Shown: positions 24,541 to 38,609, counted from the first letter of the whole stretch. The stretch: 61,729 bases of DNA, filler included, from Dirinaria sp. TL-2023a (GCA_051941275.1; 6 parts of 6 records of this genome joined end to end with filler, not necessarily neighbours in it), one strand, 5' to 3'. A program made the numbers and translations. Notes: generated by a model from the sequence alone, not told the origin.

Positions 24541-24594
24541 CACAGTTAGAGTCCGTAATACTGACTAAGTCCTACATGTGAGCTGCACATCTCA

Positions 24595-27087
24595 ATGTGA
24601 GTTGAGATTTCCTTGTTGCTCTTTGATGTCCTCTAACAATCTCTTTACAGGCACAGATCAAAAGCATTGGCGCCGTCAGAGGATAAAGAGAATACATTGA
24701 CAGGCCCGAAGTTAAGTAGGCTATACGCTGGGGGCTCACAATCTGTTGACCGCCTCGTGCGGCCTTTCAAATGCCCTGGTAGCGCAAATCCGACGCGTGC
24801 CTCGGAGAAGCCTGCGAGGAAGAAGCGTAAGGTCAACTACGCTGGCCATGATGGAGACAATGACGACGGCGAGAAGCCATGGACGAATGAAGATCGGCTG
24901 GCTCTGTCAAATCGAGACGCAAACAAATTTCCTGTTTTCAAAGTCAAGGATAAGGAGACCGCTTTCCGGCAGCGGTTCGCTGTACCTCTGATCTCAAAAA
25001 ATGCTGCTGGCTACAATCCGACTCGGCCCGCGCCTACCTTGGGTATGAGGAGAGGCGCGGTCTTCGTTGCGAAGCCTCTACACGACCCTACCGGCCAATT
25101 TGCCATTGTACTCTATGATCCCACCATTGACGACAAACCAAAGACAGTCGAAGAGGCAAAGAAGCAAGAGGAAAAAGTGGATAAGCCAAAGCTGGATGTC
25201 CCCATCATGCACAAGAGCCTGGCAGATATACTCGGCCTGAAGAAGCAAGTCGATGAGCATCCCAAGATCCCAGTGGTAATCGATCCTCGGCTGGCAAAAG
25301 TCTTGAGGCCCCACCAGGTAGAAGGCGTGAAATTCTTGTATCAATGCACCACCGGTATGATCGATGAGAAGGCCAGTGGCTGCATCATGGCCGATGAAAT
25401 GGGTTTAGGGAAAACATTGCAATGTATAACGCTAATGTGGACGCTGCTCAAGCAATCTCCAGATGCTGGAAAGTCTACGATACAAAAATGCGTTATTGCA
25501 TGCCCTTCGAGCCTTGTTCGAAATTGGGCGAATGAGCTGGTCAAGTGGCTGGGCAAAGATGCTGTGACGCCTTTCGCAGTGGACGGCAAAGCAAGCAAAG
25601 AAGAGCTTGTCTCCCAGCTGCGGCAATGGTCCATCGCCAGTGGCCGCGCAGTTGTACGGCCTGTGTTGATTGTTTCTTACGAAACGCTTCGGCTCAATGT
25701 TGACGAGCTCAAGAACACCCCTATTGGCCTGCTTCTTTGCGATGAGGGTCATCGCCTGAAGAATGGCGAAAGCCAAACTTTCACTGCTCTGAACGGTCTC
25801 AACGTCGATCGGAGGGTCATCCTCTCAGGAACACCAATCCAGAACGATTTGTCAGAGTATTTCTCCTTACTCAACTTCGCCAATCCCAATCTCCTAGGAA
25901 CCCGCAATGAGTTCCGCAAGAAATACGAAATCCCGATCCTCCGCGGCCGTGATGCGGCAGGTACGGACGCCGACCGCAAAAGAGGCGATGAATGTCTCGC
26001 TGAGCTCCTGGCTCTCGTAAACAAATTCATCATCCGTCGTACCAACGACATCCTCTCCAAGTACCTCCCGGTGAAATACGAACATGTCGTCTTCTGCAAC
26101 CTCGCTCCCTTCCAAATGGATCTCTACAATTACTTCATCCAAAGCCCGGACATCAAGTCTCTCCTCCGCGGCAAAGGCAGCCAACCTCTCAAAGCGATCG
26201 GCATGCTGAAAAAACTCTGCAACCATCCCGACCTCCTAGATCTTTCAACAGACCTCCCAGGCAGCGAGCAATTCTTCCCAGACGACTATGTGCCCAAAGA
26301 AGCGCGCGGCAGAGACCGCGACATCAAGCCATGGTATTCGGGCAAGATGCAAGTGCTGGACCGGATGCTAGCCCGAATACGCCAGGACACAAACGACAAG
26401 ATCGTGCTCATCAGCAACTACACGCAGACGCTGGACATGTTCGACAAATTGTGCCGGTCGCGCGGGTACGGCAGCCTGCGGCTCGACGGCACGATGAACG
26501 TCAACAAGCGGCAAAAGCTGGTCGACAAATTCAACGACCCGGAGGGCGACGAGTTCATCTTCCTGCTCAGCTCCAAAGCCGGCGGGTGCGGCCTGAACCT
26601 CATCGGCGCGAACCGGCTCGTCCTCTTCGACCCGGACTGGAACCCGGCCGCCGACCAACAAGCGCTGGCCCGGGTCTGGCGCGACGGCCAGAAAAAGGAC
26701 TGTTTCGTGTACCGCTTCATCGCGACAGGGACGATCGAGGAGAAAGTCTTCCAGCGGCAGTCCCACAAACAGTCCCTCTCGTCCTGCGTCGTCGATTCCG
26801 CGGAAGATGTGGAGCGCCATTTCACGCTCGATTCGTTGAGGGAACTGTTCCAGTTCAAACCCGGCACGACGAGCGATACCCACGATACGTTTAAATGCAA
26901 GCGGTGCAAACCGGATGGGAAACAGTATCTCAAGGCTCCCGCGATGTTGTACGGTGACACGAGCAGTTGGAACCATTTCGTGAATGATGGGGAACACGGC
27001 GCGTTGGGCAAGATTGAGGATCTGTTGCTCAGGCAGGAAACGTTGGATCAGGCTGTTAGTGCTGTGTTTCAGTATATTAGCCATTGA
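24595..27087 (+). CDS. RAD54: DNA repair/recombination Snf2-family ATPase Rad54
   Basis: Rad54 N-domain (PLHDPTGQFAIVLYDP), LRPHQVEGV, MADEMGLGKT, CDEGH, LSGTPIQNDL and DPDWNPAADQQALARVWRDGQKK. The start codon is rebuilt by intron 24597-24650. Confidence 0.96.
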
Positions 27088-28851
27088 AAGCGTCCAGACA
27101 AGGTTTAAGGGCTTAGACGGTCTAGAATTCTTGCAGCAGGCGTTTACTTTTTGCTTGGTCCGGTTCTTCTTCAAATTTAGGCAATTGGGATGTTTTTGGG
27201 GGGTGGGTATAAAGAGGAGCTCACAGCCCTCTTTTCTCTGGAACGGCTTTTCTGCATCGTACGCATCGATAGAAACAACAAAAAAATTTATAAATGCATG
27301 TCAGTCTCGGTATGCTTTACCTGTTGAGGGCTTTCAACTTATTGAATGACAAATGATCCGCCAAAGGAACCGGACCACTAATATGAGAATCGAAAGGTGC
27401 TCAAGTACATTTTACCTTCCTTACCTCATGCAAAGCAAATTAGTGATGTATCCCCCTCTCTTCGCTAAGCTAGCAAATGGATTCAGATACTGCTCCAGAA
27501 TGAATAGGAAAGATAACCCCTTTCCATCTTCTCCATCGCTTCAGGGGAATTGGTTGATACTGACCTTCTGGAAGAAAGGAATTAATGGAACATAGGGAAA
27601 AGGGTATGGAGAGTTTGGTGTGGACCCAAGCGATGAGATGGAGCAGATTATAGTACATACGCTGGCGAGAACAGCTGCTCTACCCAGTTCCGAGGAGCGT
27701 GTAGCGGTTCTAGGAAGAATGTGGAGTTAATCAATGGGATGATGATGATGATCGTTCATCAGTGAATGAGAGAACCATTGTCGAGTCACTACAAGTAAGA
27801 AGAGGGTATGACGGACAAGTCTTAGACAAAATATTTCTATGAGTGGCGTACTGGGTCAAGGAATAGAGAGAGTACATTTTCCTGATTGGGGTATGGGATA
27901 TTGATCGAGATGTAAGGTAAGGCGGTATGCATATTGGAATAAGAGAGCAAAGGGAGGGGGTATGGCTGCGGCAATGCTTGCTGGGCTTCGTTCGTGCTCT
28001 GCAAGGATGGATGGGGAATTTAGTGATGCAGCGTACCGTATAAGGTTTGTGGATGGGTGGAGTTGGGTTTTTTAAACTGGGAGTTTATGTATTCGGGGAA
28101 AAAGAAAGGAGTATTGACTGGATTGGGTTGGGTTGATCAACAGATCTATTTTGTTCGACTCCAAAAAGAGGGGGAAGAAATCGAGATTCTGATGAAGTTA
28201 TTTCGTTGGTAAAAGTAGAGACTACGGGATCATGTTCTTGTGCTTTGAGATTCCGCGATCGTAAGGGAGGACCATAAAGGTAAAAAGTGTGTCATGGAGG
28301 AAAGTGGACGAGCTGAACTCTTAGGCTCAAAGTTCTTAGGTGCAAAAACGGCTGATGGCGAGGGTTTGGGAGGGAGGAGTCATTCAAGGTATGGAAATAG
28401 CCATTTATTCATTTCTCAAGAGAAGTGGGTCTCTCGATGGCTGATTGGAACTGCGATGGTATGTATATTTTGAATGTCGAGCTTTTTATTTCGTCTTTAC
28501 GAAGGCGCGTGGACTGGGACTGGGGAATGGAAGCTTGAACGTGAGGCTTGCAATGGTACAAGAGAGAGAGCATACTAACCACTTCCATCAGACTGCCCAC
28601 GACGGCTCGACTAGATGAATTGGAGGATCTTGGCGCCGGCTTCTCGCGATGTCCCACCTTTCTCCTGCATGTAAGCGTTCATCCATTGCTCTGACCTTCA
28701 ACAAGGATCTCGCCATCTCATTCCACAAAACCCTCAGAACGCCGAGGCAAGACTTCGGTCTGTGGAGTGATCTTATGGCGGTGATACATGTTGCAAGTCG
28801 AGAAGTGTAGGGCAATCCTCTGTTGGCTAAGGTATGAGGAGCACTTGAACC

Positions 28852-29663
28852 TCATATCCTCACGCCCTTGCTTCTTAGACCATTGACGACACCCATGGTT
28901 TGAACACCTAGCCAGGTTCCAGCACCGCTTAATAGTTGCCCGAGGCTACTCGACTCCTCGAGCCTTCTTGATAGGAAAGCCTCTGTCTCGATAAAGTCGG
29001 TAGACTTGTCTGTTGTCATGAAAAGCTCGCTGCTGGCGTAGACGGCACTCAAGGCGGCACGCTTGGTATACCAGGATGTATCAACGCTGGTATCACCGGC
29101 CTGAAAGAGTATTTCGTCCGACAAAAACGATAATTCTCTGAGCGAAGTAGGCAGATGAGATGGTGTAGCCATGAGAGCAAGCGCCTAGGAGCATATCAAC
29201 GCAAGCTATGCTATTGAAACAGAGTATCAATGACCTCTTGCCAACGATGAACTATTGGTTTGTTCCCGTGCAGCCTCCTTAGGACAAGCTCCTTGATATT
29301 CAGAGCAACGTCATTCTTATCCATATTCGGAAGTCCGCTGTCCGCAATGGCTAAACGTTGCGTTAGGAGGTGGTAATTTACCAGCGCGAACGCGCCAGCA
29401 GGAAATAGATTGACAGAGACATCCTGATAGCCGACATCGCGAGCACCGCAAGTCAGCGCGTCAACGTGAAAGCCTTTCGTAGGGACGTGAGCAATGCCGT
29501 GCGATAAGATGGCGCTCTCAGTAGGCGAGAAAGGTCGAACGTTATCGTGTTCGTAGGAGTGATATTGACGCCTCACACACTGATTGCGAGAGAACTGTCG
29601 CCAAGGAAGCCTCGCTGCACACAAGCTCTGTGGGAAGAATTGGCGGATTGGCCAATTCGCCAT
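28852..29663 (-). CDS. COQ9: Ubiquinone biosynthesis protein Coq9
   Basis: Mitochondrial-type leader, WQE|ALALMA, and LSDEILFQAGDTSVDTSWYTKRAALSAVYASSELFMTTDKS. One intron. Confidence 0.92.
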
Positions 29664-30857
29664 TAACGATCCGGGACTCGAGCAGTGGATGTTAAGTCGG
29701 CGCCCTCACACGCCCTCGACGCCTCCCCACCATCGGCACAACGATAAACTTTTTCTTGGCGCCAAGCCTGACGCATCAAAATAAGTACCGAGGTACCTCG
29801 CATGTACCCTGTATGTGCCTTGTATGAACCAGCCACGCCGGCCGAAAGGGTCTCTTAATCGTTACTTCACTTGTGTCATTATTGTAGCTCACAGCAGTAC
29901 GGTACGTGCATGCTTTGGCATAAAGGATGTTCACGTGGTGAAGCGGAGCCGAGAACTGTTGCCTCGGGCCTATCCGAATAATATTGCACTACGCGGCAAG
30001 AGACGGAGGCACACCCAACGCTCTCTCATCTTCTCCGGAGCAGCAGTCAAACGTGCGGTCTGCAGCAAGCATTGGGATTCGTGCTAGATGAAGCGGCTGA
30101 AACGCATGAGCGGAAGGAAGAGCACCTCATGCACGGTTCATTCAGCCCTACTGTCGAACGCAAAAGGGGCACCCGGAAACCAAAATCATTGGCCATCTCA
30201 AGCGGACTTCAATTACCACCAACGGCCAGCCAAACGGCAAGGTCAAGATTGCAGTGCAAATGACCTGCATTGGTATGTTCGTAACGTGACCGATGGCTTT
30301 CGCGCGGGCACTGCCTTCCCCGGTTCATCTGGCCCTAGCGATCCTTCGAAATAACAGTCTCGATCGATGAATGCAGGTATTGGTTGTGGTTGAACGCTGA
30401 CTCCGCGAACTCATTCACCCCTCGATGGCGGTCACCCGCGCAGGTTGTACAGCCGTACCATAAGTAGACAACGGTCAGCCCTGTGTGTGGGTGAATGCCA
30501 GCCCTTGATTGGTCGAGTGTTTAATTTCATGGCAGCCAAAGCGCGACTGTGGTTCGGCACATCTACAACAATCTCAAGGGTAATCTCGCGTTTTGGAGTG
30601 CTTGAAAGCGGCATCGCCGATGCTGGGTGGAGGAAGAGGAACCGCCATCGAGTGCTCAACGTTCAATAGGGTCTTCCTGACGAGGCCCCGCAACTTTGTG
30701 TCCGAACCGCAATGATGCGTAGCTGCAGAAAGTCAGCCCGCCATTGCAAGCCACGCGCACCGACTGGCTTGCAATTGCTGGCTAGACCAAGGAAAGGAAT
30801 GCAAGTGAACTGCATTATCACTGGCACACATGAAAGGCGGTGGACGATGATCAAGAT

Positions 30858-30957
30858 NNNNNNNNNNNNNNNNNNNNNNNNNNNNNNNNNNNNNNNNNNN
30901 NTTAATTAATTAANNNNNNNNNNNNNNNNNNNNNNNNNNNNNNNNNNNNNNNNNNNN
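30858..30957. other. Artificial contig-joining linker
   Basis: N44-TTAATTAATTAA-N44. Confidence 0.98.
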
Positions 30958-31753
30958 CCCCCCTCCCTACCCTTTACCACCCCAACCCCAACCTTTTTTT
31001 TTTTTTCATCAAATAAATCCCCAAAGCAAAAAAAAAAGGGATACAAAACTTGACAACAAAGAAAGATATACAGCACAAATACCTACCTACCTACCTAAGC
31101 CTACGGTATACCCCCGAAGTAACGATCTCGGGGTAATGGGATTGCTCATACACCGACCGCATGATCTTTGGGAGGATGGAAATTTTGGGCGCCGCGCCAA
31201 GTACTGTCGACTACTTCTCTTTAGATAAAGGGCAAGGAATGTAAGTAAGAATACAATCAAAACTAACACAATGTAGAAATAATACCTGCTGCTGGTCGGC
31301 ATTGAGTTTGCAGTGCAATAATCATATCGCCGTTTATGATGGATGAGAGAGCATGTCAAGTACGGGTCGGTGTGACAAGAGTCAGCGGATCAAAAAGGTA
31401 CTGGAGACATTGCATAAAAAAATCGTTTGCTGTTTCTGTTGCCTGCTACTACGAAGAAAAAAGTCACCGCTTTTAGGGACATATCGGCCATACAACGAGG
31501 ACACCTCGAAGAGACAACCGTCGATGACAAAGGACAGGAGGGGATATGAATAACTTCCGCTTGGCAAAACACGAAAATCATCTAACACGACAAAAGAAAG
31601 CTGCAGGGTCTCAATCCCTCCCCCCAACTGCCACCGTACCATTACTAGTCAACAATGCGTACCGTTCGCGACAGTGGTATCATGAAACAAAAGTTGCTAA
31701 AGGCGGTAGGCCAGGAGGTATCCGAGACTGAAATGAAGCGACAGCGCAAGAAC

Positions 31754-34700
31754 TTAACTCAGGCCACTGAGCACTGGGTTGTTGGCACCTAACGTCGTGT
31801 GCCCGGTGTCTGCTCCTCGGACGCCGCTCTCTGGAAGACCGCCGTTTACGCCACCCGTGTTGCTCTTCATGGACAAGTCGTTGTTACCGCTGAACGCTTG
31901 GTTGACTTGATCGGAAAAGCCAGCGGATCCACTCTGGCCGTATGCATCGGTTCTAGGCTCAGCCTGACCAATGGTAGATGGACCAGATTGAATGTTCTGG
32001 GGGCCTCGGACAGCGCCTTGGGTGGCGCTGTGGGGCTTTCGCGAGATGGGCGCAAGCGAAGGGAGGTTCGAGGTCTCAGGAGATGAGCCGATGCCAAAGA
32101 TTGGCGATTCCCACTTCTCGCCTTTCTCGGCCAGATTCTTGTAGTCCGTGGCCTTCGAAGAGATGCCGCCAGGCAGTTTGATCTGAGGGAATATGGAATC
32201 ATGCTGTGTCATGGCGACATTGGCCTTCTTGTCCGCCGCAGTCTCTTGGGCGGCCTGCTTCTTTTGTGTCATGGTCTTCTGCGCAGCCTGAACATAACGA
32301 TTGTAGATGTTTGGTGCATTCTCGGGATCGTTGCGGGCGGCCTTAGTGGCGCGTTCGGCTTCTTGGTGGATCTCATAGGCCTTGCCGTCAAGCAGGTGAA
32401 CTTGATCCTTGATCAACTTTTCCAAGACCTTGGCAATTGCCGGCTTGACAACGGAGAACAAAAGAGGCTTGAAGATATTGAAGAGCAACTTGTGTTTCGA
32501 CTGCTTCAATTTGATGTTCAGACTCTTCATGTCAACGTTAACGGTGTTGATCTTAAAGAAATGTTGGCGGTCGGATTTGTCGGCAGTTTCCATGGCGATC
32601 TTGAAAGAGAACCCAGTACCGCCCATGAAGATGTCCATCACACCAGTATCCTTAATTGATGGAAAGCCTTGCTTCTTGTTAATGTAGTAACTCACATCCC
32701 TGAGATCCATTTGCACCCCGGAGACAGAGACCATGACCTTGTTCTTGTTCTTGTTGGTAACGGTCTTGCGGCCCCAACGGAAGTAATTGTCACTTCCGAA
32801 CTCGAAGGAGTTGGGTGCCAGATTGTCGCTCTCGATGACAAGGTTCTCCACGATAGCATCAACCATCGGGTCGGTATACTCGATGCGGGGGACTGGGACG
32901 TAGCGAACGCTCTCAAAGATACCCGGAACAATGACGTTGCTAAGGTCCTTCACCAAGTGTGGTTTGAAAGTCGGCTTGCCATTCTCATCGTTACCTAGCT
33001 CCTGGAATAGTTTTTGCAAGGACTCGCCAAAGCGCTTGTTCAAGGGGTCTTGGTCAAATTGGTCACCCAAAAACTTGATCTCATCGACAATGCGGTTGGT
33101 ATGGTCGCGATAACGTTCTCGGAGAAGGAAATGGCCCTTGTCGTAAACTTGGTTCCATTCTTCGTTGGCGGAATCTTGCATGATGAATCCCTGCTCCTTG
33201 AGCGCTTTACGAACAAATCCGTCGATGTTACGGAACCAGGCCTTCAGCTCAGGGTCTTTGTCGGCGTCACGATAGACGGCATTAATGGAGTCGATCAAAT
33301 CGTCCGCGGAAGTGGAGTTCGCGAACCGCTCAAGAAGTGTCTTAATCTGAATTAGCATGGAGCGATTCTCAGCAACAAAACCTATCAAACCTTTAGATCA
33401 GCTTCCGCAGTCGTCAGGGCGTTATCACTGTGGGCACCTTTCACGGTTCCAGCACCTTGCTGGGTCACATTTTTACTATGTCCACCATATGTCTCGGCCA
33501 GGTTCAGAAGTGTTTCGATAGCTTGTTGGTCTGGAGATTACTTAGCAGAATTCATTGCGAATTCGGAGGGATAAGCCTACAGTCTGGGTGACCTTGGATC
33601 TCGACAATCATCTTCTTCAAGCGCCAAATGCTCTGGTCGCGACGCTCTTTAGGCAGCTTCTCGCGCACGTAATTCTTGCCACGGTCCCGGTATTCACGAG
33701 CCCGGTCCTGGGTCTCATCGGGAACATTCTCGTAAGCAGTGCCTTTAAGATTAGAAAGTCCTTGCCTCGCTCCTCCCTCTGCGTCAACACCCTGATCAGT
33801 ACCATATTGTTGCTCTTGCGCGGCCAGGTCAGCAGTTGCAACAGGGTCGCGTGCGCCGGAAGGATGAGCAGCTTGAGTTGCGTCGCCTGCGGCATTCTGG
33901 ACGTCACCTCGAGAGAACGGCTTTTGCTTGTTATACTGGGCCTTGGCCTGATTCCTCAGATTCTCACGTGACAGATCCGGCGCATCGTGCCATGTATTGT
34001 CCTCAGCGGCCTGGTCAATCTGGCCAAGCTGCTCTTGGGAAGGGTTAACCTTTGTGGCGGCTTTTTGGGCGGCATCACCCGCAATATCACGGAGCAGAAT
34101 AGTCGCGTCACTTACTGCACTCATTGTTAGCAAAGCTCTGGCGTAAGGAGAAATTGACTTACAGAGTTTACGGAATTGCCCATTCGTGATCAGCAACTGG
34201 CCCAAAGTCCGCAATCCGTCGAGAGCCTGATTACCATGTTGTTGTGCAGTTCCTTTATCCACGGGTGCACCAGGGAGCTTAGCACCGCCACCGCTCAGAT
34301 GCTCGGTTTGCCAGATGAAGTCCTGGAGCAGATTTCCTTCGTTTTTGACCAGAGCCAGGATCTTGGCCTGTTCGATCACATCGCGAAGATCACCGACCAG
34401 TTTCTGTCCTTCAGGCGAGAGTTTGGCAGAGGGCTTGGCAAGGGGCTTTGAAGCCAATGCCGAGCTCAGTGCAATATCAATTTGCTTATTCTGAACGAGA
34501 CGGGTTATCAAAGGAATGCCCGACACGGAGTGTTTGAAGACTTACTGATGGAACTTTTCCATTTGCAAAGGCTAGCGCGAGAGAGCAGCATCAGTATAAG
34601 CTCGTCCTTTGGCCGTGGAGGGATGGGATTCCAACAACTCCTGATCTGCCATGGCCAGGTTCACGACCATTGGACAGAGGATATGACGACTTACCAGAGT

Positions 34701-34776
34701 AGATGCCATACAGCTGCAGCTTCTGGTTCACATCCGCCTCCTTCTGCTTCACGTTGGTGGGCCGGTTGACGGACAT
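31754..34776 (-). CDS. Conserved fungal DUF4449/DUF5923-type protein
   Basis: MSVNRPTNVKQKEADVNQKLQLYGIYS|AFANGKVPS|NKQIDIAL...WRLKKMIVEIQGHPD...YVPVPRIEYTDPMVDAIVENL...DLRDVSYYINKKQGFPSIKDTG. Multi-exon. Confidence 0.8.
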
Positions 34777-36342
34777 TGTGGCGATTAAGGGGTTGCGACG
34801 TGGTTCGCCACGGGTATCAACTATCAAATGCAATTAAAAAGAATTACAAGATCGTAAGCTGTACCGAACTGAGCGGCCAAGAACAGAGGATGAAGGGTAA
34901 AGATGCAAGTGGAAGGGGTATCACAGGAGTTGGGTGGATGGATGCTGTAGTAGTTGGAAGGGGAAAATAAGAAAGGTTGGTGGTGGTTGTTGGGGGGAAG
35001 AAAGTTTGTTGATGAGGTAAGGGTAGTCAGGTAGTAGTGCAATAGTCAGTAGTGAGGTGGGTAGACGGGAAAGGTAAAGCAACAATTTGATTGCAGGAGT
35101 GAAAACAGGATCGCTCTTGCCAACCACTCTGAGACCCCTTCGGACATGATGGAACTTTGGGGCCAAGGAGGCACGAGTCTTCATTGGGCTTAGAAGCGAG
35201 CATCGACGTCATCATTCCAACCCTTCATTGGCCGGTTTTCCATCCTTCATTTCGTTTTTGCGGTATGACGCGCCACGCCGTGTTCGAGGGACCGTGGCAG
35301 CGTGGCTACTAAAAATGACTACCAGACTACCTTACCTTCACCATACTACTACCAGTCTACTCCGTACCACCTGCTGAGGTACTACTAATCGTACTACTCG
35401 ACTACTCAGAACTTGTACAGCTTATTATTATTGTGATTATTACGGCCCAGACTCGTCTACTTCAGATCGCCATTGGCTGCTTTGATGACGAAACCAAACT
35501 GCGTTGGGCTGTCTCGATGGCATTATTCACATGTTTTCATTCATCATGTTTCCATTTCTGGCAAGTATCATCCCCCGTGCCGGCCCATCTTGCCCGGCTC
35601 AATAGCAATCATAAGCATCAGAAGGCGCGTCTATCACGTTCGGCCGGGTGCTGTTGATCCTGCCTCAGGTTTTTCCCCATCCAGTAGAGTAGGTCAAGCC
35701 AGTGTCGTCATTGCAGCTTCCGAGATTTCATTTACCCCAGAAGACTCTAAATCTAATATTACATCTTCATCCTTAGCCTCCTGAAGGAATCCCGATGGAG
35801 TAGCAGCAACCTAGGCGTACTACAGCCAATGATGCTCCTTGATTCCATTATTGCAATGTAAGGTATCTTACAATGTTCGGGCACTGAGGTGACTTTGTAT
35901 TTTAGGGTCTAGATATTAACCCTAGAAAGTGAGAAATGCTTGGTAGAGAGACAGACTTAGGTAAGGCAGGAATGACAACAAATTGTTGCTGCCTCAGCTA
36001 CGGTTTGTGTAATTGTCTCCAATAATTCGTCTCGTCTTAGTGGCCCTGCAAGATCAAGAATTCCTGCCTCAATTAGCTTACACAATTTTATAGTGTGAGG
36101 CTCTTAGAGTGAATGTTAATCAGGGCCTTAGGATGACCGCTATCAACTCGGATAGCTTTTTTATCTTAGTTTTCGGACTCATCTCAATTGATAATCGATC
36201 TTTCAATGTTCAAAAGTTAAATCCTTCCAAGAGCTGTCTTTGAACATAACCTGTTATGGTTACCGATAATACGGCTGAGGTAGAAGTACCGAATTTTCAT
36301 GCATCGTCCCACAACTCTTGTCGAACAGTGCTGAACTGAGCC

Positions 36343-37665
36343 ATGTGCCGATTCCTGGTAATTGACCAGCGGTGAAGTAGTCGCTCTCCATAACTAATAT
36401 TTCCAGGTTTACAAAGGCAAGGATGAGATTCTCCTCTCGAAACTCATACTTGAGCCTCAACATTCGATCTTGACACAGTCTTATGATTCACGTCTACGTC
36501 TGGATACTCGACGACCGCACAATGGCGACGGCTTTGGTGTGGGCTACTACACTCCTCCCTCTCTTGGACCAACACCATGTCTCTTCACATCGACCATTCC
36601 CGCGTGGAACTGCATCAACCTCGAGCGTCTTGCCAGCAAGACCACTTCATCTCTCATATTCGCCCATGTGCGTGCCACCACGGAGGGTTCACTGTCAGAT
36701 AGCAACTGCCATCCATTCAGTCATGGCCGACTAATGTGGATGCACAATGGCAATATTGGATGCTGGCGCCACGTCAAGCGTTCTCTCGCTTTAGGTATTG
36801 AACCAAAGTGGTTCAATAGTGTACAGGGAAGTACGGATAGCGAATGGGCTTTTGCTTTGTTCTTGGATAGTCTACACAAAGCAGGATGTGATCCGGACGA
36901 TCTTGACGGTGACGAGCGCGGCTTTGGGCATAGAGTCCTTCGGGAAGCGGTACTCACAACTATCAAGAGGATCAACAGGCTAATTGCTGAGATTCCAACC
37001 AATCAGAGAAATGACGAGGACGCAAGAAGTCTGCTCAATTTTGCGGTTACGGATGGGCAGAGCGTTGTGTGCACGAGATACGTGAGTAGTGCTAAGGACG
37101 AAGCAGCCAGCTTGTACTTCTCCAGTGGGACCAGCTGGAAGGAAGAAGGAAAGGGTAATTACAAGATGGAAAGAAGAGACAAGGGTGCCGACATCGTTTT
37201 AGTAGCCAGCGAGCCGCTGACATTTGAAAGAGGTAAGTCAGCATCATATAAAGTAGTGTTCATCGCTCTCCTACACATTTGCTGTGCTTGCACACGATCT
37301 CGAGAAGCGGCTCCGGTTAATCTGTTCTCGCAGACAATTGGGTAACAGTGCCCACGAATTCCGTACTCACGGTGCACAAGCAGACCGTTATGATCCATCC
37401 GATTATGGACGAGTACTACAACCAGAGTCCTTCCTACGTACGCTCATCTGGCTTTGCTGTTTCCAAGGGACTCGTAAGTAGTGCACCAGGGGCGACAGCG
37501 GCGCCTGCCACTGCTGCAGCGCGAGGCCAAAGCCCAGCTAACGGAGGCTTGACGCCGGCCATGGCTGGAGATGGCAGTATCATGCCTACTGCTGATGGGC
37601 AAACGAGAGAGTTGAAAGAACGACTGAAAGCCGTTCAGCAGAGGGTTGCTGACGTTGAAGCCTAA
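36343..37665 (+). CDS. DUG3: Class II glutamine amidotransferase Dug3 (glutathione degradation)
   Basis: N-terminal MCRFL (catalytic Cys2)|VYKG, NGDGFGVGYY, FAHVRA, NCHPF, MHNG, GSTDSE and VASEPLTFE. Two introns. Confidence 0.92.
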
Positions 37666-38609
37666 GCTTTTGACACTGCATCCGTATCTAGAGTCTTCAG
37701 AGCCTTGTTGTGTGAAGCAATATGCCAGGGATAATTCATACTTTTCAAGTTAACAGAGATTCAAAAAGAAAAAAGAAAAGCATAGGTTCAAGACTCGATG
37801 CTTGAAGCAGAGAATCGTGTTGCGTACCAAAACTACTACATTGGAGGTTGTGGTGGTAAGCGCTTTGAAGTATCACCCTTCCGCATACAGTACCTAGTGG
37901 GACTGGGCAGAATATGCCTCTATCTCACGCCTTAACAATAAATTGGAGAATGGCAATAGAGTAAGGGTCCCCACTGCCTGCATACTACATGTACCCTGCA
38001 CCCAAGAACTATCTAGGCAGGATCTATCACTACCTTACAGTAGGTAAGGAAAGTAATTGTGCGATACTTCTCATATATACTCCGCGATATCAGAGGAGTA
38101 AGACGAAAAGATCCTCATCTTTTCGCCAGAAAATTTTAATTCGAAAGAGACATCTACAGAAAGCTTCAAATGTGCTCACGGACGAACAGAAGATGAAGTG
38201 TAGAGATAGAGAGTAGCAAATCAAGAGTACTCGTCCCATATATACAACGCTTAAAATAGCGCTGAACCATCACCACTCCTGATGAATCTAATGACTCTTC
38301 TTGTCTCGAGACTCTCTTTCCTTTTCAAAAGAAAAAACAAGGGTTGGAGGTCAAAGATTTGTCTATTTGACAGTGGTCGCTTTCCATGATGACTCAACTA
38401 TCCCAGAGCCATGGGCAATGGATGAATCTGAATGCTGAGGCATCAAGAGATCGGCCCACATTGATAAGGCGAGAAGGGGGAAAAAATACAAAATGAGGAT
38501 GGTGGTATGGCGCTCGTATTTCCTTAGGAGGTCGAATTCAGAGTCACCCATGCTCTTTTCCTCAGCTGAAATCGCCGATGCAGACCTATCGACTTCCTAT
38601 ACCGCTTAC

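Noticed and set aside
23787..24543. Small minus-strand ORFs divergent from RAD54
   Set aside because: No recognisable family and no consistent exon chain. A divergent non-coding transcript cannot be excluded but is unsupported.
26331..27174. Long alternative-frame and antisense ORFs over RAD54 (likewise over MRPL35, the DUF4449 gene and the transporter)
   Set aside because: These are shadow ORFs caused by high GC3 codon bias in the real genes, with no recognisable motifs.
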